Shown: positions 28,765 through 43,600 of the stretch, in pieces
How the letters are laid out: every line of letters begins with the position of its first letter
Numbering within the stretch: the first letter of the stretch is position 1
Assembly (NCBI GenBank): GCA_010093815.1
Contig: ML996582.1
Source: Pseudovirgaria hyperparasitica
Lineage: Eukaryota
DNA: 64,000 nucleotides
Reading direction: 5' to 3' (one strand)
Position numbers and translations under genes: made by a program
Notes under the pieces: model-generated
The model's database searches: none
What the model saw: the letters and a program-made list of their open reading frames with translations, nothing else
What the model was told of the DNA's origin: nothing

Positions 28765-31607
28765 ATGTTCGGACCTTGGATTGAAACATGGTCCTGGATT
28801 AAAAGTCTTGCGCCCAAGAAGTTCAAAGTCGAGAGGCCGCATCTCAACTTCATTACTATTCACTGTGAGTTACTTGGGCGATAGGAGGACGTGAAGAAGG
28901 AGGAAACATGCTAACTGGATTCGCTACTTTGCCTAGACCTGTATCTGGTTCTCATGACGATCGTGGGATCTATTATCTTGTTTCCGGGTGGAGGAATGTC
29001 TTATATCGACGCATTGTTCTTCGCCAGTGGCGCTGCCACTCAAAGTGGTCTCAACACGTAAGACGCTTGCAGGCCGTCGACCAAACCAATTGACTTACAC
29101 CTCACAGAATTGATGTCAATCTACTGCACGTGTATCAACAGGTAAGAGAATCACTATGATCGAAGTTGCATTTCATTGATCCCGTCAAGGTCGCTATTAT
29201 GTTGATAGCTTGTGTGTGCAACCCTATCTTCATACACACTTTTGTCGTCTTCGTACGCCTCTACTGGTTTGAGAAGCGTTTTCAGCACGTCGTTCGAGAG
29301 GCGAAGAAACTGCGGACCACGCGATCTCGCTCAAGGGCCCTAGGCGATGACGACGAGAATGCCATCGGACATATTGATCGCGGCGTCAATGGACGTGAGA
29401 TCAGGGTGCTACGATCAGCAAATGGGAATGCGAGTAATGGAAGAGCAAAGGATGGGAGTGGCTCTGAAACTGGCGAATACTCCAATTCTGATGAAATGAC
29501 ACGGGAGCTCACACAATCGGAACGACCCATGAGTCCGAGCTCAGCAACGTTCAGACGAGACATTGTATTCGCGGATGAGCTACCTCGGGCTGAACGAGAC
29601 TTGTCTAATCTGGACCGTATTCCTGAGAGACGTCCTGCCGAGCAACATATAGCCTTCGTTGAGAAACAGCGGAACCACAAAGACAAGGGCACCCTCTATA
29701 TTCCAGGACCAACAGAGTTCGATCGCGGACATAAGCCTCAGGAGTTGAATGAGAATGAGGACGAAGGAGTGAGAAAGTTGCGAAATGACGAAGATGACTT
29801 GTCACGAGACATCCGCCCAGCTCATGCTAGGCGTATGAGCGAATTTCATGATGATGATGATCATCCGCTCAAGACCATGAAAAGACACGCTACGGCCGAT
29901 GATGGGAACGACATGACATATCATTCACGTTTCAAGGACAAGATATCTGCGCCGTTCAAGCTGCCGAATTTAAAGGGAGACACTGGGATCCCCATACTAC
30001 AAGGACTTCGACAGAGGGCAACGACACAGCGGACCAAAACCATGGCGAGTGTCCGTACAGAACGTAGCACAGATCGAGATCCTATGCCGTATCTGACTTG
30101 GCAGCCTACTATTGGGAGAAATTCAATGTTCATCGATTTGACTGAAGAGCAAAGAGAGGAACTAGGAGGCATCGAGTACCGAGCACTGAAAACCCTAAGT
30201 ATCATTCTAGTTTGTCAGTTAATCCTCATGTTCTTTCGTACAATCAGGACTAACTAGGTTCAGTATACTATGTTGGGTTCCATCTAATTGGGATGATATG
30301 CCTGCTCCCATGGATCATAGAAACCCGCAGCTACCATACGGCACTCAATGAATCCAGCATCAACATTCCCTGGTGGGGCATATTCACACCAGCGTCGATG
30401 TTCAACGATCTCGGCTTCACATTAACACCTGACTCGATGATATCGTTCCAGTCCGCTGTCTTCCCTCTGCTGCTTGGAAGTTTTCTCATCATCATTGGAA
30501 ACACAGGCTTCCCGTGTATGCTTCGATTCGTAATATGGTTTGCATCAAAGTGTGTGTCAGATAATACTCCTCTTTGGGACGAGCTCCATTTTCTTCTGAA
30601 TCACCCTAGACGCTGTTTCACCTTACTGTTCCCAAGTAACGCCACCTGGTGGCTCTTCTGGGTGCTCGTTCTTTTGAACGGAATCGATCTGATATTTTTC
30701 ATTATCCTTGATGTGAGGAGCTGTACTGCAGAATCGGAGTCACATCGCTGACCTGATACAGATCAATGACCCGACCGTCACAGACCTTCGCGTGGGAGTT
30801 CGAGTACTTGTCGGTCTATTCCAGGCCGCCTCAACTCGCACAGCAGGTTTCGCTGCTATCAACATCGCTGACCTTCACCCGGCTGTCCAAGTATCATATA
30901 TGATCATGATGTACATTTCTGTATTCCCTATTGCCATATCCCTTCGTCGAACCAATGTCTACGAAGAAAAGTCGCTTGGAGTCTACCAAGATGCTGACGA
31001 CGAATCTGATGGCAAGAATCACAGCTACATCGGCATGCATTTCCGGCGACAGTTATCGTTCGATCTATGGTATGTTTTCCTAGGCTTCTTCTTCATTGCC
31101 ATCATCGAGGGCGGTCGATTGGAGAACACGAATGACTACGCTTTTACACTCTTCAGCGTATTGTTCGAGATCATAAGTGCATACGGCACAGTTGGTCTTT
31201 CCCTTGGCTATCCTGGTGTCAACACCTCCTTCTCCGGTCAATTTAGGACGTTGTCCAAGCTCATCATCATAGCTATGCAGATTCGCGGTCGGCATAGAGG
31301 TCTTCCATATGCACTTGACCGCGCAATTTTATTACCCTCTGAAGGGTTGAACAAGAAAGAAGCAACAGATCCGTCAAAGTTGCGTCGCCAAAGGAGCAAT
31401 CTTAGCGAGATGGCTGCAGCTGGGGACGGTAATACAGATCTAGGGGCCGAGGGTAGAAACCCGACGATAGGCAGGAATCCTACCATTGGAAGAAACACAA
31501 CCATCGAACGAGATCGTGGATATGGACTATCGAAACTCATTAGCGGGGCGTTGAGTGTGACCCCCACGACGCCGATCAAGGACAGGAACCGTGAGAAGGG
31601 GCTATAA
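28765..31607 (+). CDS. TRK1: TRK-family potassium transporter; 5 introns (about 28865-28937, 29058-29107, 29142-29189, 30214-30263, 30714-30761)
   Basis: NFITIHY, GAATQSGLNT, PTIGRNS..LGGIEYRAL, FNDLGFTLTPDSM, FQAASTRTAGF, SAYGTVGLSLG, RGRHRGLP. Confidence 0.95.
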
Positions 31608-31979
31608 TCATTTCTCTCACGTACGGGTATATGCGCAACCATGGAAGCCGTTTTAGTAATCTTATAGAGTTGTTAACGGGCTAGAATTTTGATATTTGGC
31701 TGGATACTTTATTGTTGGATATAGAAGCCGACCATTTGAAGCAGTTGCTGATCTAGCGCTACATATTTATCATAGAATATGACGCCTATCTAATGATCTA
31801 TGAGAGATGTATCAAATGGCATATGCGAAGCCTCTGCTGACTAAGTGTAACTTAATTGACTATTCTCATGCCTTAGGCATTCGAAATAGCATCCATACTA
31901 AACAAGTATCAAAGTAAAGCCGCAACGCGAAGCTTGCCATTGCGGACCCCTCCACCGTCCAGTGACGACGCAGAACGAA

Positions 31980-32952
<973 letters not shown>

Positions 32953-33355
32953 AGAGGCTATATGATGGGATGCGTTCCACGACGTTTTGTGCATTTTAGC
33001 GGGCGTTGACAGGGTTCTGGAAGAATGGGATAGCAGTTCCAGCTTGAAGAGGTCGTTAAAGAGGAGATTTCATATTGGTCAAGCTTATAAATGAAATGGT
33101 GTAAGTAAGTTCGTAAGACATTTTACACAACGTTGTTGAACCAATGAAAATATGTATGGATCGTCGAAGCTTCAGCGTATTTCACCCACGAATATTTGCC
33201 TAAAGATTCCCGACACCACCGCCGAGGTTGACCGAGCTCAAGCTTCACTTCCACCCCGCGTCATGTACTGAACCGCATTACACTCACAGCTTCCGTCAAC
33301 ACGGATCACTCCCAAAAACCACAGCCTCTCACGCGCCTTTAATACACTCGCCGCG

Positions 33356-34183
33356 ATGCTCCTCCTCGGCCTCACCGGCTCCATCGCAACTGGCAAATCC
33401 ACCGTTTCCTCCCTTCTCTCCTCCGCACCCTACAACCTCCCCATCATCGACGCCGACCTCCTCGCCCGCAAAGTCGTCGAGCCCGGAACCCCAGGCTATG
33501 CCTCTATTCTCAAACACTTCGGCCCCAGTACGCCCGACCTTCTCGAAGCGCCCAATAATTCCAATGGTGGCGAGAACGGACCGAGCGGCAAAGGCCGTCC
33601 GCTGAATAGACCAGCGCTCGGAAAGAGGGTCTTTGGGACGAGTGAAGAGGCGCAGAGGCTGAGAAAGGTACTAGGCGGCATCGTGCATCCAGCGGTGCGT
33701 AGAGAGATGTATAAGGAGCTGCTAAGTGCGTATTTGCGCGGATGCTGGGCGGTGGTACTGGATGTGCCACTGCTGTTCGAAAGTGGGTGGGAGCGGTATT
33801 GCGGGTGTATACTTGTTGTCGCAGTGCGGGATCCGGCGATACAGATGAAGAGGCTACGCGATAGAGATCCGCATTTGAGTGCCGAAGATGCGGAGAATCG
33901 CGTTGTGAGCCAGGGGGATGTGAGGGAGAAGGCGGAGAGGGTGATGCGCAGGGGTAAGGGGTGGGGTGAGGTCGTGTGGAATGATGGTGACCGTGAGGAG
34001 CTGAAGAGGGAGGTTGAGAGGGTTATGAGAGATGTAAGAGTTAGGAGCCCGGCTTGGTGGGGATGGGTGTTGTTGCTTTGTCCGCCAGTGACGGTGGCGG
34101 TTGGGCTGTATAGCTTTCTGAGGAGTTGGAGAATACAGAAGCAATGGGAGGGGGAGAAGAGATCTGAGAAGGCGAAATTATGA
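33356..34183 (+). CDS. CAB5: Dephospho-CoA kinase (CoaE/Cab5) with C-terminal hydrophobic segment and -AKL end
   Basis: GLTGSIATGKSTVS P-loop, IIDADLLAR, LNRPALG, IVHPAV, VLDVPLLFES. Confidence 0.95.
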   Translation: MLLLGLTGSIATGKSTVSSLLSSAPYNLPIIDADLLARKVVEPGTPGYASILKHFGPSTPDLLEAPNNSNGGENGPSGKGRPLNRPALGKRVFGTSEEAQRLRKVLGGIVHPAVRREMYKELLSAYLRGCWAVVLDVPLLFESGWERYCGCILVVAVRDPAIQMKRLRDRDPHLSAEDAENRVVSQGDVREKAERVMRRGKGWGEVVWNDGDREELKREVERVMRDVRVRSPAWWGWVLLLCPPVTVAVGLYSFLRSWRIQKQWEGEKRSEKAKL

Positions 34184-34483
34184 TACCAAAGACTGCATAC
34201 TATGAACATTCGATCTGTCTGGCTTATTCTGTTCGCAGAGGTATCACAACCCCCATATCACTTCCTAGGCTGGACCTTGTGGTGGATCACTTTTGCACAA
34301 TGTAGCTCTCCCGCCGTCAGTCATGCCCTCTTTACCCCAGACGCGGGTGCAACAACAACAACAATCTTAAATTCTGGCTTCTTTGACCGCTACTCCACAC
34401 GCCCTACGTTTCGATCTCAGCCTACCTTTCACACTTCCAAATTTTCCCAAGCACACGGATCAACACTACTCTGTACCATCACG

Positions 34484-35374
34484 ATGACCACCAAGTGGAA
34501 CTTCAAGTCGAAGGACAATGTCATCGACAACAGCGACCTCACCCTCCTCTTTGCCGCCAAACCACCACCCTCCACCCATGCCAAATTCTTCGACCACGAA
34601 CGCTACTGTAACCAGCCTCGCAACGCCATCGACATAGATGCCTTTCATCTCTTCGACCCTATCACCTACCCAAGCACAAAGAAGCATGTGAAGCAGAAAC
34701 AGGACGGATCCACCCAGCAAACCCCGGGCCATTCCTTCCTTGCCGCTCTCTCCGCCCGCGACTTCAAGTCCCCAGATGAGGTGAAACGCGCCCTCACCAA
34801 CACCACACAGAAGAACATGCTAAAAACCCAGGACACTACTCTCGAATACCTCGTCTTCAAGCGCTCAAACGGCGAGCGAGTACACTTCTCTCCCACTGCT
34901 GCTGCTGCTACCGCGACATCGTCCTGCGAGAACGAGAACCCGGTCGACGATGCCGCCGCGCCTAGAAATGCCCAGACCCATCCCTTACGCATCAGGGTCA
35001 GACAGGTCCCGTTGTATATCATCCGGCCGTTAGATGGCGAGCCGTACATTCCTAGTCTGCTGATCCGCCACCCAACGCGCGTAGCCGATGTTTTCATGGG
35101 CGATGCGCAGACGCATGGGAGGTTGGAGAGGGTGCAGAGTGTGCCCGTCTACATCCCACGCGAGATTGTGCTGCCGCCCGTTCAGCAGGGCAGTGAAGAG
35201 GCGTCTTCCGAGGAGGACGAGGCGGAGGAGGGGGCCAGCTGGCCCGATGCGGGATCGGAGGCGGTGGGAGAGCAGGAGGATCCGTTCCCGGCTGAGATGG
35301 GTGAGGTTGAGGCTGAGGAGGGGAGCGTTTGGGGTGATGGGGAGGTGGAGGAGGGGTGGATTCGGGATGTTTAG
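34484..35374 (+). CDS. Hypothetical protein (about 296 aa, Glu-rich C-terminal tail)
   Basis: Long open frame (from 34202), ATG in ACGATG context after a CT-rich leader; no family recognised. Confidence 0.55.
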   Translation: MTTKWNFKSKDNVIDNSDLTLLFAAKPPPSTHAKFFDHERYCNQPRNAIDIDAFHLFDPITYPSTKKHVKQKQDGSTQQTPGHSFLAALSARDFKSPDEVKRALTNTTQKNMLKTQDTTLEYLVFKRSNGERVHFSPTAAAATATSSCENENPVDDAAAPRNAQTHPLRIRVRQVPLYIIRPLDGEPYIPSLLIRHPTRVADVFMGDAQTHGRLERVQSVPVYIPREIVLPPVQQGSEEASSEEDEAEEGASWPDAGSEAVGEQEDPFPAEMGEVEAEEGSVWGDGEVEEGWIRDV

Positions 35375-36157
35375 GTGGTGTGTTTGGGGTGTGGGAATCG
35401 GCCGTTGACTTGATTCTATGTACTAGATAGCTTGAGAAGTTGGCCCTGAGAAGCGTGTCATGTAGTTTCACATGAAAATAACAGCTGTGAAACTTGTGTC
35501 TTGCATATTATTGTGCCCCTCTGATTGACTGTTTCCACGATCTCAACAACCTACACCACTGAAACCTGGGTATCAATCATAGCCTCATCTGTTGATAGGC
35601 AAATGTAGATAGGACTCTTCGATGAGAGCTTCTGCGAAGCGACAATACCAGCTGATATAGTACATCAGGCTCAATCTGTCAGTCCGCACTTCCTGACTCT
35701 GAGTACAGATATAGGTTACCGGAAGCTCACGTTCTAACGCGCTGTCTGCGTTATATAGCTCATCCATACAGTCATTATTGGTGCTCCATGTTCTACTTCA
35801 AGCAGTTCTTCACGATGGAAGAGTGACATTTGCATGTAGAGAGGACAGAGTAAAGGCTCACGTTGGGACTGGTCCCGAGCTAGCCTATACAGAAAACATC
35901 ACAAATATAGCTTTCGCTCTTGTCACTGTGCTAGAGAACTGCCTTCTCATAAGGCATTCTCGTGTTTCTGTCTACTTTATAGATGAACTAGCTATAGCCG
36001 AATGTCAAATAATGTAGTTTTTTTACCAATGAACACACGCACACACCCTGCTCCACACACCATCTCAGGCCTCCCAATCGACCACCTAGCTATTAGCAGC
36101 CCCTTCTATCCTCTCCTTCTCACTTCCTCCACCGCCAATCCAATCGAATCCAATCAC

Positions 36158-37632
36158 CTACCCAAAAATCCCACCTCCCATCCTCCCCATTGGCACAAGT
36201 TCCCCAAACACACCCCTCTTCAAACTCCTCCCAAACCCACCCGGAATGGTACCAATATCCGGATTACCGCAAACACCACCAATACGCACACAAACAGGCC
36301 CACCACAGCAGCTATTGACCGCACATCTCTCACTAATACCGCAATCGGCACTGCTCACACACGGTGCCATAGTGCGGCATTGCTGTCTGCGGTCGACGCA
36401 AATGGCGTCTTTCTCGATGGCGCCGGCGCACACGCACGGGTTGCCGGGCCTATCGATGGGTCCGCAGGGCGAGAAGTGTTCGCAGACGCCGGTGGGGCCG
36501 CAGACTGGGGGTGCGGGGATGGCGGTGTGGGACGGGGTTATGGGGGTTGCAATGATGTGGGTGGATGTCGGGGAGGTTGACGAAGTTGACGAGGAGCTGT
36601 TGGCGTAGGGGGCTGTTGAGAGGGTTGTGTTTGGATATTGGGTTTGCGGGAGGGTGTTTGTGTATGTTGTTGTGGTTGCCGGGAAGGTTGGGTAGAGCGT
36701 GGAGGAGTTGGACCAGGATGGGGTCGTAGGAGAAGAAGAGCTTGCGTTTGTGTAGGTCGGGTGTGAGGAGCTGGAGTTTGTGTATGGGTATGTTGGGAGT
36801 GGGGTACTGGAATTTGTGTATGGGTATGTTGGGAGTGGCGTGCTGGCATTTGTGTAAAGAGCGCTCGACGTCGGGATGCTTGAGTTTGTATATGGAGGGT
36901 CTGACGGTACGGACGAGTATGATTCCGTGAATGAGGTCGGGTCAGGAGTGCTTGAGTTGGTCCATATCCCTGTCGGTGAGGCCGTGAAGCTCGGAATTCC
37001 GCCGGTTCCGGTGCCGTAAGATCCTGTTGGAATGTACACCACAGGCAGGGTCGTGAATTCTGTAACTGTTGTGGTCGTAGTCTCGACCTGTGGATCATTA
37101 GATACAGCTGCGAAGGTTTTCATCATTGACACTTACAGGGCCGTCAATAAGGGTGGTGCTTGGATACACGCCTATGCAGCCACATGCACTGGAGTAGCCC
37201 TCAACGCCGTCACAGAATATACCAGCCAGATACGGCAAGTCCTTTGTGGTCGATATCGTGGTCGATATCGTGGTCACATGTGGATGCCTCGACATAGGGG
37301 GTACATAGCCGTCACGGCGTTCCTTTCTTCTCGCAACCGGATAGATAGGCCGGGGCGTGATCGTTTCGGTCGCAGTCTCAATCTCCGTCACAGTCCTGTA
37401 AAGTACCTTAGAAAGGTCCTCTTATAGTAATTATGTAGTGTCTGACTCACGTAGGGGGATTGGTAATGGTCTCGTGCCAGAAGCTGGAGCAATCTGCTTC
37501 ACCATTGGGAATGAATCCATAACCACCATGAACAGCTAGAAAGCATAGATCGTCAACACATTCCACGTCATCATTCGATGCCACGAGAGCAGGTATAGCG
37601 AGTGCTAGAAGAATAGAAAAGAACGTCTTCAT
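36158..37632 (-). CDS. Secreted Ser/Thr/Pro-rich glycoprotein with Cys-rich N- and C-terminal modules; introns 37450-37396, 37136-37088
   Basis: Signal peptide MKTFFSILLALAIPALVAS; YSSACGCIGV motif; YTN(S/A)S repeats; C-terminal 12-Cys domain ending CAVNSCCGGPVCV; introns in frame. Confidence 0.88.
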
Positions 37633-38698
37633 GTTGCTGATGCTTGAAAGAGAGAGTGTTACTAGAATTGATCGTGGAAGACGTGATTGCAAAGACGTTC
37701 TCCTCCTCTTATAGCGTATCTACTCGAGTCCCCCTATCGCTACGATCTGAGATCACAGACTTGCCACAGTCGATTACCATGGTAATAGATTGTTCATGCA
37801 TCTCCAGACCGGGTAGAACCGAAGCCACAATTTGACACAACAAGTGTAATTTCAGGACGCGTGATACCTGAGGCTTTTGTGGAGTGGTCCTAAGCAGCGC
37901 ATTAGGAACAAGAGGCTGCCGTGAAGCTCCAAAGGCGTTGGACCGATACAACCGGTTACACTGCGCATACGGGTGATTGTTACAGTCATATGGGTACCTG
38001 CGTATAGCTTTGCACGGTGTAATAGCGGATATACCTGAAATCGGTCAATGATGAGATGTTTAGACAAGTATTTTTGAAAGGAGAGCACAAGGCTCAATCC
38101 GAATGTGATTGCTGGACGGTAGGAGCATTGTTATAAATTATTGAATCATCTGGGAAACAGAGTCTCCATGCATGTCCTGGCTATGGTGGCTTGGGGTTCG
38201 TATGTCTCTTTGCTGTTTCGAGGCGGCTGCTGAAAACCAAATGGTCTAGACGACGGATTGTGCAATTTTCCGCTCATGAAGCCGAGTGTAACATGTCAAC
38301 GACTGCGCTCGGACAGCTTGTGTGGATGCAGTCCAATAGTCCTGTGATCCGCCGTACCACGCAGCTAACCGTTTCGGAACATGAATTGCCAGAATTGATC
38401 AGCTCAAGCATCAAAGACGGCAGGGTTTCCGCAGAAGCAGTAAGATCATTTGCGTATGCTGATCTTTACTGCTCGTATTACCTGCACGTCGTTACAGATA
38501 CGTCTTTATAAAGCCAGGGAGCAATCGAAGGGCTGTTTCAGCTTCATCCTCATTATCGATAGTGGTGAATGTCTTCACAGGGGCATTATGATAACCGAAA
38601 TTGATGGATAGTAGCACCATCAGCGGGTCGTTGGTATGGAAAGTTTCGGTTGGATCTACATGGTCAAGGAGACAGAGACTTGTTTACGACCAGTGACC

Positions 38699-40161
38699 TC
38701 AAGCTGGTGGGAGGAAGTTGGCAAAAAGGGCCCCTTGTACCATTGCATAGACCACCATGAATCGAACAACCAATGAAGCTGAAACCGATGGGCGTTTTTT
38801 TTCCACAACGTTCGGCGAGCTTATCAGCCACATTGCCACCGCCATATACCACAGGGGATAACCCGAGGCAAGACGTGTGATGATCTGTATGTGGAAATTG
38901 GTCAGTGCAAGCAGCGCGAGTGTTACTTGAGGAATCATCAAGCATATGAGGCATTTCTTCATCACGAGACTCTCTGCCCGCTGGGTTGTTGACATCCTCG
39001 TATTTGGAGATCTTCGATTCCTGAGATAAGGACGAAGATCCCATTGAAGCAGGAGATACATGACCGGCGCTGCAATGATAAATAGCGGAACATTAGACAG
39101 TTTCCAATAGCGCAAGAATCCGTTGTTCCTTGAGCCATTGTCAGTATAAAGCACGGGAAGTTTGAATTAGTAAAATACCAGTAGTACTGCTGCACCCAGC
39201 TGTAGATGCTCGGTAGCAGCTTCGTACACCAAGGTCTCAGCACTCCTTCATGTCGTGTTTGACAGTAGTGCCGATAAGCAATGAATTGCGGAATGACAGC
39301 TCCCATTCCCGTGAGGAACCCCGCAAGAATACCTGAGGTCATTCGCCGGACATGAGACGGCGTCAAGCCCTGGGTGACAGCATCCCTGAGGATCATGATG
39401 GTATGGTAAGCTAGTGTTAACCCACTTAATAGGCCGTTGCCCCGTACTGTGCATGCTGCACCAAAACACAACCCTGCCGCTAAGATCCATACATCGGTCT
39501 CGTGGGGAGAGAGGCCTTGACCAGGAGCAGATCTCATGCTTAAAACGTAGCATAGGTTACCAGTGATGTTCAAAAGCGCAAACACCGGCTCTGAATATGG
39601 CGATGAGAGGAATAAACCTGCTGGAGAGAATATATGCAGTGTGGCAGTGACAAATGCTAATCTGTCGCTCTCATGAGATCGTGTCACATGTCTGGTGAGA
39701 TCGTAGAGTGCCAGGACGGCGAGAAAATGCGAGATATGTGCAACGCATATGCCCACCAACGCAACTGTCTGGATTGATGGAGGCTGATGACCGCCAAGAG
39801 CTAGCTTTCATCAATGATTTGGGCTTCACTAAAGGAGGCTTGGAGACTTACTTCTAGCAATTGCCCCGATCACCCTGGTCAGACCCCAGCTAAATGCCCA
39901 TTCTTGTTCCCATAGATAGTCTCTTTCGGCAACCTTAACGTAATAGAAGGCGTCCCACCTGACCAAGTTTTGGACGAGTCTGTCCACCGGGCTTTGATGA
40001 TGCTGAGAAGAAGACAACAGAATTGCGGTAGAGGTATCATAACCAGCACCGGGGGACACCAGGGCGATAAGTAACAGTAACGTTTTCCATATGATAAAGA
40101 CCAAACCAAGACTACGAATGGGATTTCTGAGAGGACTTATGAATGGGCTCCATCTTAACAT
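38699..40161 (-). CDS. GPI18: GPI mannosyltransferase 2 (PIG-V/Gpi18); introns 39851-39801, 39178-39129
   Basis: GYDTS, LVRWDAFYY, EQEWAF, SPAGLFLSSPYSE, YWNNGFLRYW, HIQIITRLASGYP, LFANFLPPA. Confidence 0.94.
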
Positions 40162-40605
40162 GTTATGAGTCGTCACGCGTTCGGTAAGTGTCAATCAAGA
40201 GGCACTGAGCCCTTCAAAGAACGAGTCTTGGGCTGATCCAGCACGCGAGTTCGTCTTGTCTTGAGGAGTGACCTGTCGGTTGGTGTTGTGACGTTGGACA
40301 GGAAAGGGACGGTCGGCTGCCAAGTCTTCTATCAGGATAAGATGTACGCGCAGAGGGCTTAGCTTGATGAGACCAATTTGCACCTCAGGCATCAAGGCGG
40401 CAGAGACATTGATCTACCATCAGTTATTACTGCCCATACCTGTAGATACACCACCAAGGGTGCAGCCAATCGAGCTTTGCATTCAAACAAGTTTCACCGC
40501 GTTATATCCTTCGCATATTTTAATGACAGTCAAGTAATACCACTCTGATGCGGCCTGCGATACACATTCCATCAATCGCAGGCGTCTGCCTAACGACCAT
40601 AAACG

Positions 40606-43600
40606 ATGCTCTCCCCGTCTCTTTCCCGTAGGAAATCTACCGATAGCTTCGACTCTCTCATCGCTTCGACTCCGCCTCCCCGATCATCTTCAGCATTTCC
40701 ATTTCCCCAGCATGAGTGGCCGTCCATGGCAGGGCCCGCCAGCCGGCGGCCCTCTCGACGTGGTTCAATAGCGAGCTCAGTAACGTCTGTAGGAGGAGCT
40801 CTGGATACGGTGTCAGAGAATCGCATGGGATCAGTTGCGGAGAGCGGTCAGAATGGTGAGATCTGCTCGAATAACGTGGTGACAATCAAGCCTTTGGACA
40901 CTAAGTGGTGACACTGTGCAGCCATTTCAACCCTTCTTCAACCACCTATCGTTCGAACCGGTATGCTGCCACATACATCAGCTCCTTCTTCCGCCACACA
41001 CAAGCCTCCTACCACTCGAGACATACCTCCCGTCGCCCTCACGAATATCCCGCACGTAGATCCTGCATCATTCAAGCCATATTTGTCGCAAGTTGGATCA
41101 TTATGGAATGCTTTTCAGAGGGCAAGAGCAGAGCCAGAAAAGGATATTAATCGGCTCCCCAGAAAAGACCTGGATCAAGCTAGGGCAGACGACTTCGCAG
41201 AGAAGCTAGAGCGCGGATTGCGGAGGGAGCAGATGAGTCGTAAGAGCTCGTCCGTCACTTTGACGCCTACTGAAAGTCCAGCACCCAAGCGACGCATGAG
41301 TGGAGGACTTTCGAGGCGAAAGATGGAGGTCACCCCACTTTCTACCATTCCTCCAGTATATTTTGACGAACACTTCCAATTGGAGAACCCGCGCACATTT
41401 GATATCGTGAGCGAGCGGTCCGAGGTTGTCCGACGACCGGAGACGCCGTCAGAGAAAGATGCAAATGGATTCATGAATGGCTCAGCTCAGGGCCCAAGAA
41501 AAGCTCTGGCTACCAATGCGATTCTACAAGAGAAGCTGTCTTGGTACATGGATACAGTGGAAGTGCATCTCATTTCTTCGATATCGTCGGCATCATCTTC
41601 ATTTTTTGCAGCTTTGGGATCTCTACGCGAGCTACAGTCGGAGGCTGCAGAGTCTGTCAGGAGGATCAAGGTACTCCGAGAAGATCTTGGGAACTTAGAC
41701 CGACAGATGGCTTTGGGCGGTCTCAAGGTCATCAACATGAAGAAGAGGCGAGAGAACCTGAGAAAACTTCGAGACGCTGTTGAACAACTCAACACCATCA
41801 TCCTAGGTGTGACACACTGCGAGGAGCTTGTTGAATCGGGCGAGTTCGTGCTCGCTCTTGACAGATTGGATCTAGTGGAGAGGATAATTACAGGAACATT
41901 AGCGGTCGACGGACAAACAGACTTGACATGGATAGACTCGTACACTCCTTCGAAACTCATTGATCTTCGGGAACTAAGGGCTCTAGACGGCCTTGCAGAT
42001 GGAATGCAACAATTGCGGTTTCGTATTGGCAAAGGTTTCGAGGCACGCTTTCTTGAAACTCTACTAGCAGATATCCGGCAGCATACCAAGACGGTTCCTC
42101 CAGGAGATACGCTACAGCGATGGGGCTCGGCTTTTCAACGTGGACGAGGGGACACTCCGAGGCCGCCCCCAGGAGTACCCGCGTACATGAACCAAAGTAA
42201 TCAGGTTAGACAAAATTGCAAAGCGAGCTTGCTAGGGCTTCACAGGTCAAGATATACGCAACAGGCAACTGCCGCTTTCCGCGAAGCCGTGATGAAGGAA
42301 ATGAAAGCGCTCATAAGACAGCACTTGCCCAGTTCGTCTGACGACGACACTGAGTCTACGGCATCTATATCAACACGCGGTGGAGGCAGGTTGCAATCTC
42401 AGCAAGAAAAGTCTTCCATACTAGCCCGAAACTTGCGAGCTTTGGAGCCCGACGCTGCGGAAGAACTCCTGACAAGTGTCTATACCAACGTCGGAGAGGC
42501 TTTGAGGAGGCTTAGCACGCAAGTCAAGCTTCTTCTAGATGTCACAAGCGGCGCTTCCAGTCCGCCTCTGTCAGGGACTCGATCTCCAATGCGCAGTCCG
42601 AACCTAGCAAGTTTAGCAAATATTGACGACTTCCTCTCCGCTGGCAAATCCCCTATACTCTCAGGACAGCTTCAGGAAGAGCTTACGCAGGCGCTCGACA
42701 TGTCCAGTCTTTTGGGTCAAGCTGTCGATATTGCACAAACTCAGATCACCAAGGTGTTGAAAGTACGATCCGAACAAACCATAAGACTGCCGCTTGTCCG
42801 ATTTTTGCGGTATTTTAACCTCAACCGCCTCTTTGCAGACGAGTGTGAGGCTGTATCCGGGCGCTCTGGTGCGGCACTGAAAGGTGTTGTGAATAGCCAA
42901 ATCAGCGACTTTATTGTCCACTTTGGCGACGCTGCGAAGCAGCAGCTTGCATCTACAATGGATAATGACAAGTGGGAAGCCAAAGACTTCGGGTCGAATG
43001 AAGAGCAAACGCTTGCAAGGATACTACAGGGCATGACAGCAGACCACCAACACTGGATCAGGAGTTCCCTCGTTTGGGAAAGGTTTGAAGAAGAGCCAGA
43101 ACAGAGTAACGGCGAGCATGCAGAGAACGACGGTACGACGAAGGACAAGGCTCGCAATGCCACCTTTGACGAACAGTCTTACGTGCTCGTAGAATCCGCC
43201 ATATTCGCGCTCCGGGGAATTAATGATTTTTCGCAATTCATTGTGGCAATTCCCAGCATGACTTTGGAAGGCAGCAATAGCCTACTTGAGTATCTCAAGC
43301 TCTTCAACTCTCGCTCCTGCCAGCTGATCCTTGGCGCTGGAGCAACTAGAAGCGCAGGCCTCCGGAACATCAATACGAAGCATCTAGCCCTTGCATCGCA
43401 AGCCCTGAGCTTCGTCATCGCGCTCATGCCATACCTTCGAGAATTTATTCGCAGGCATGCTGCCAATTCACCATCCTTATCCGAATTTGACAAAGTGAAA
43501 CGGTTGTACCAGGACCACCAGGTCAGCATCCACGAAAAGCTCATTGACATCATGAGTGGCCGCGCCACCGCCCATGTAAAGGCAATGAAAGAGATCCAAT

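Noticed and set aside
33496..34209. 237-aa minus-strand ORF
   Set aside because: Antisense to the purine-rich CAB5 coding sequence
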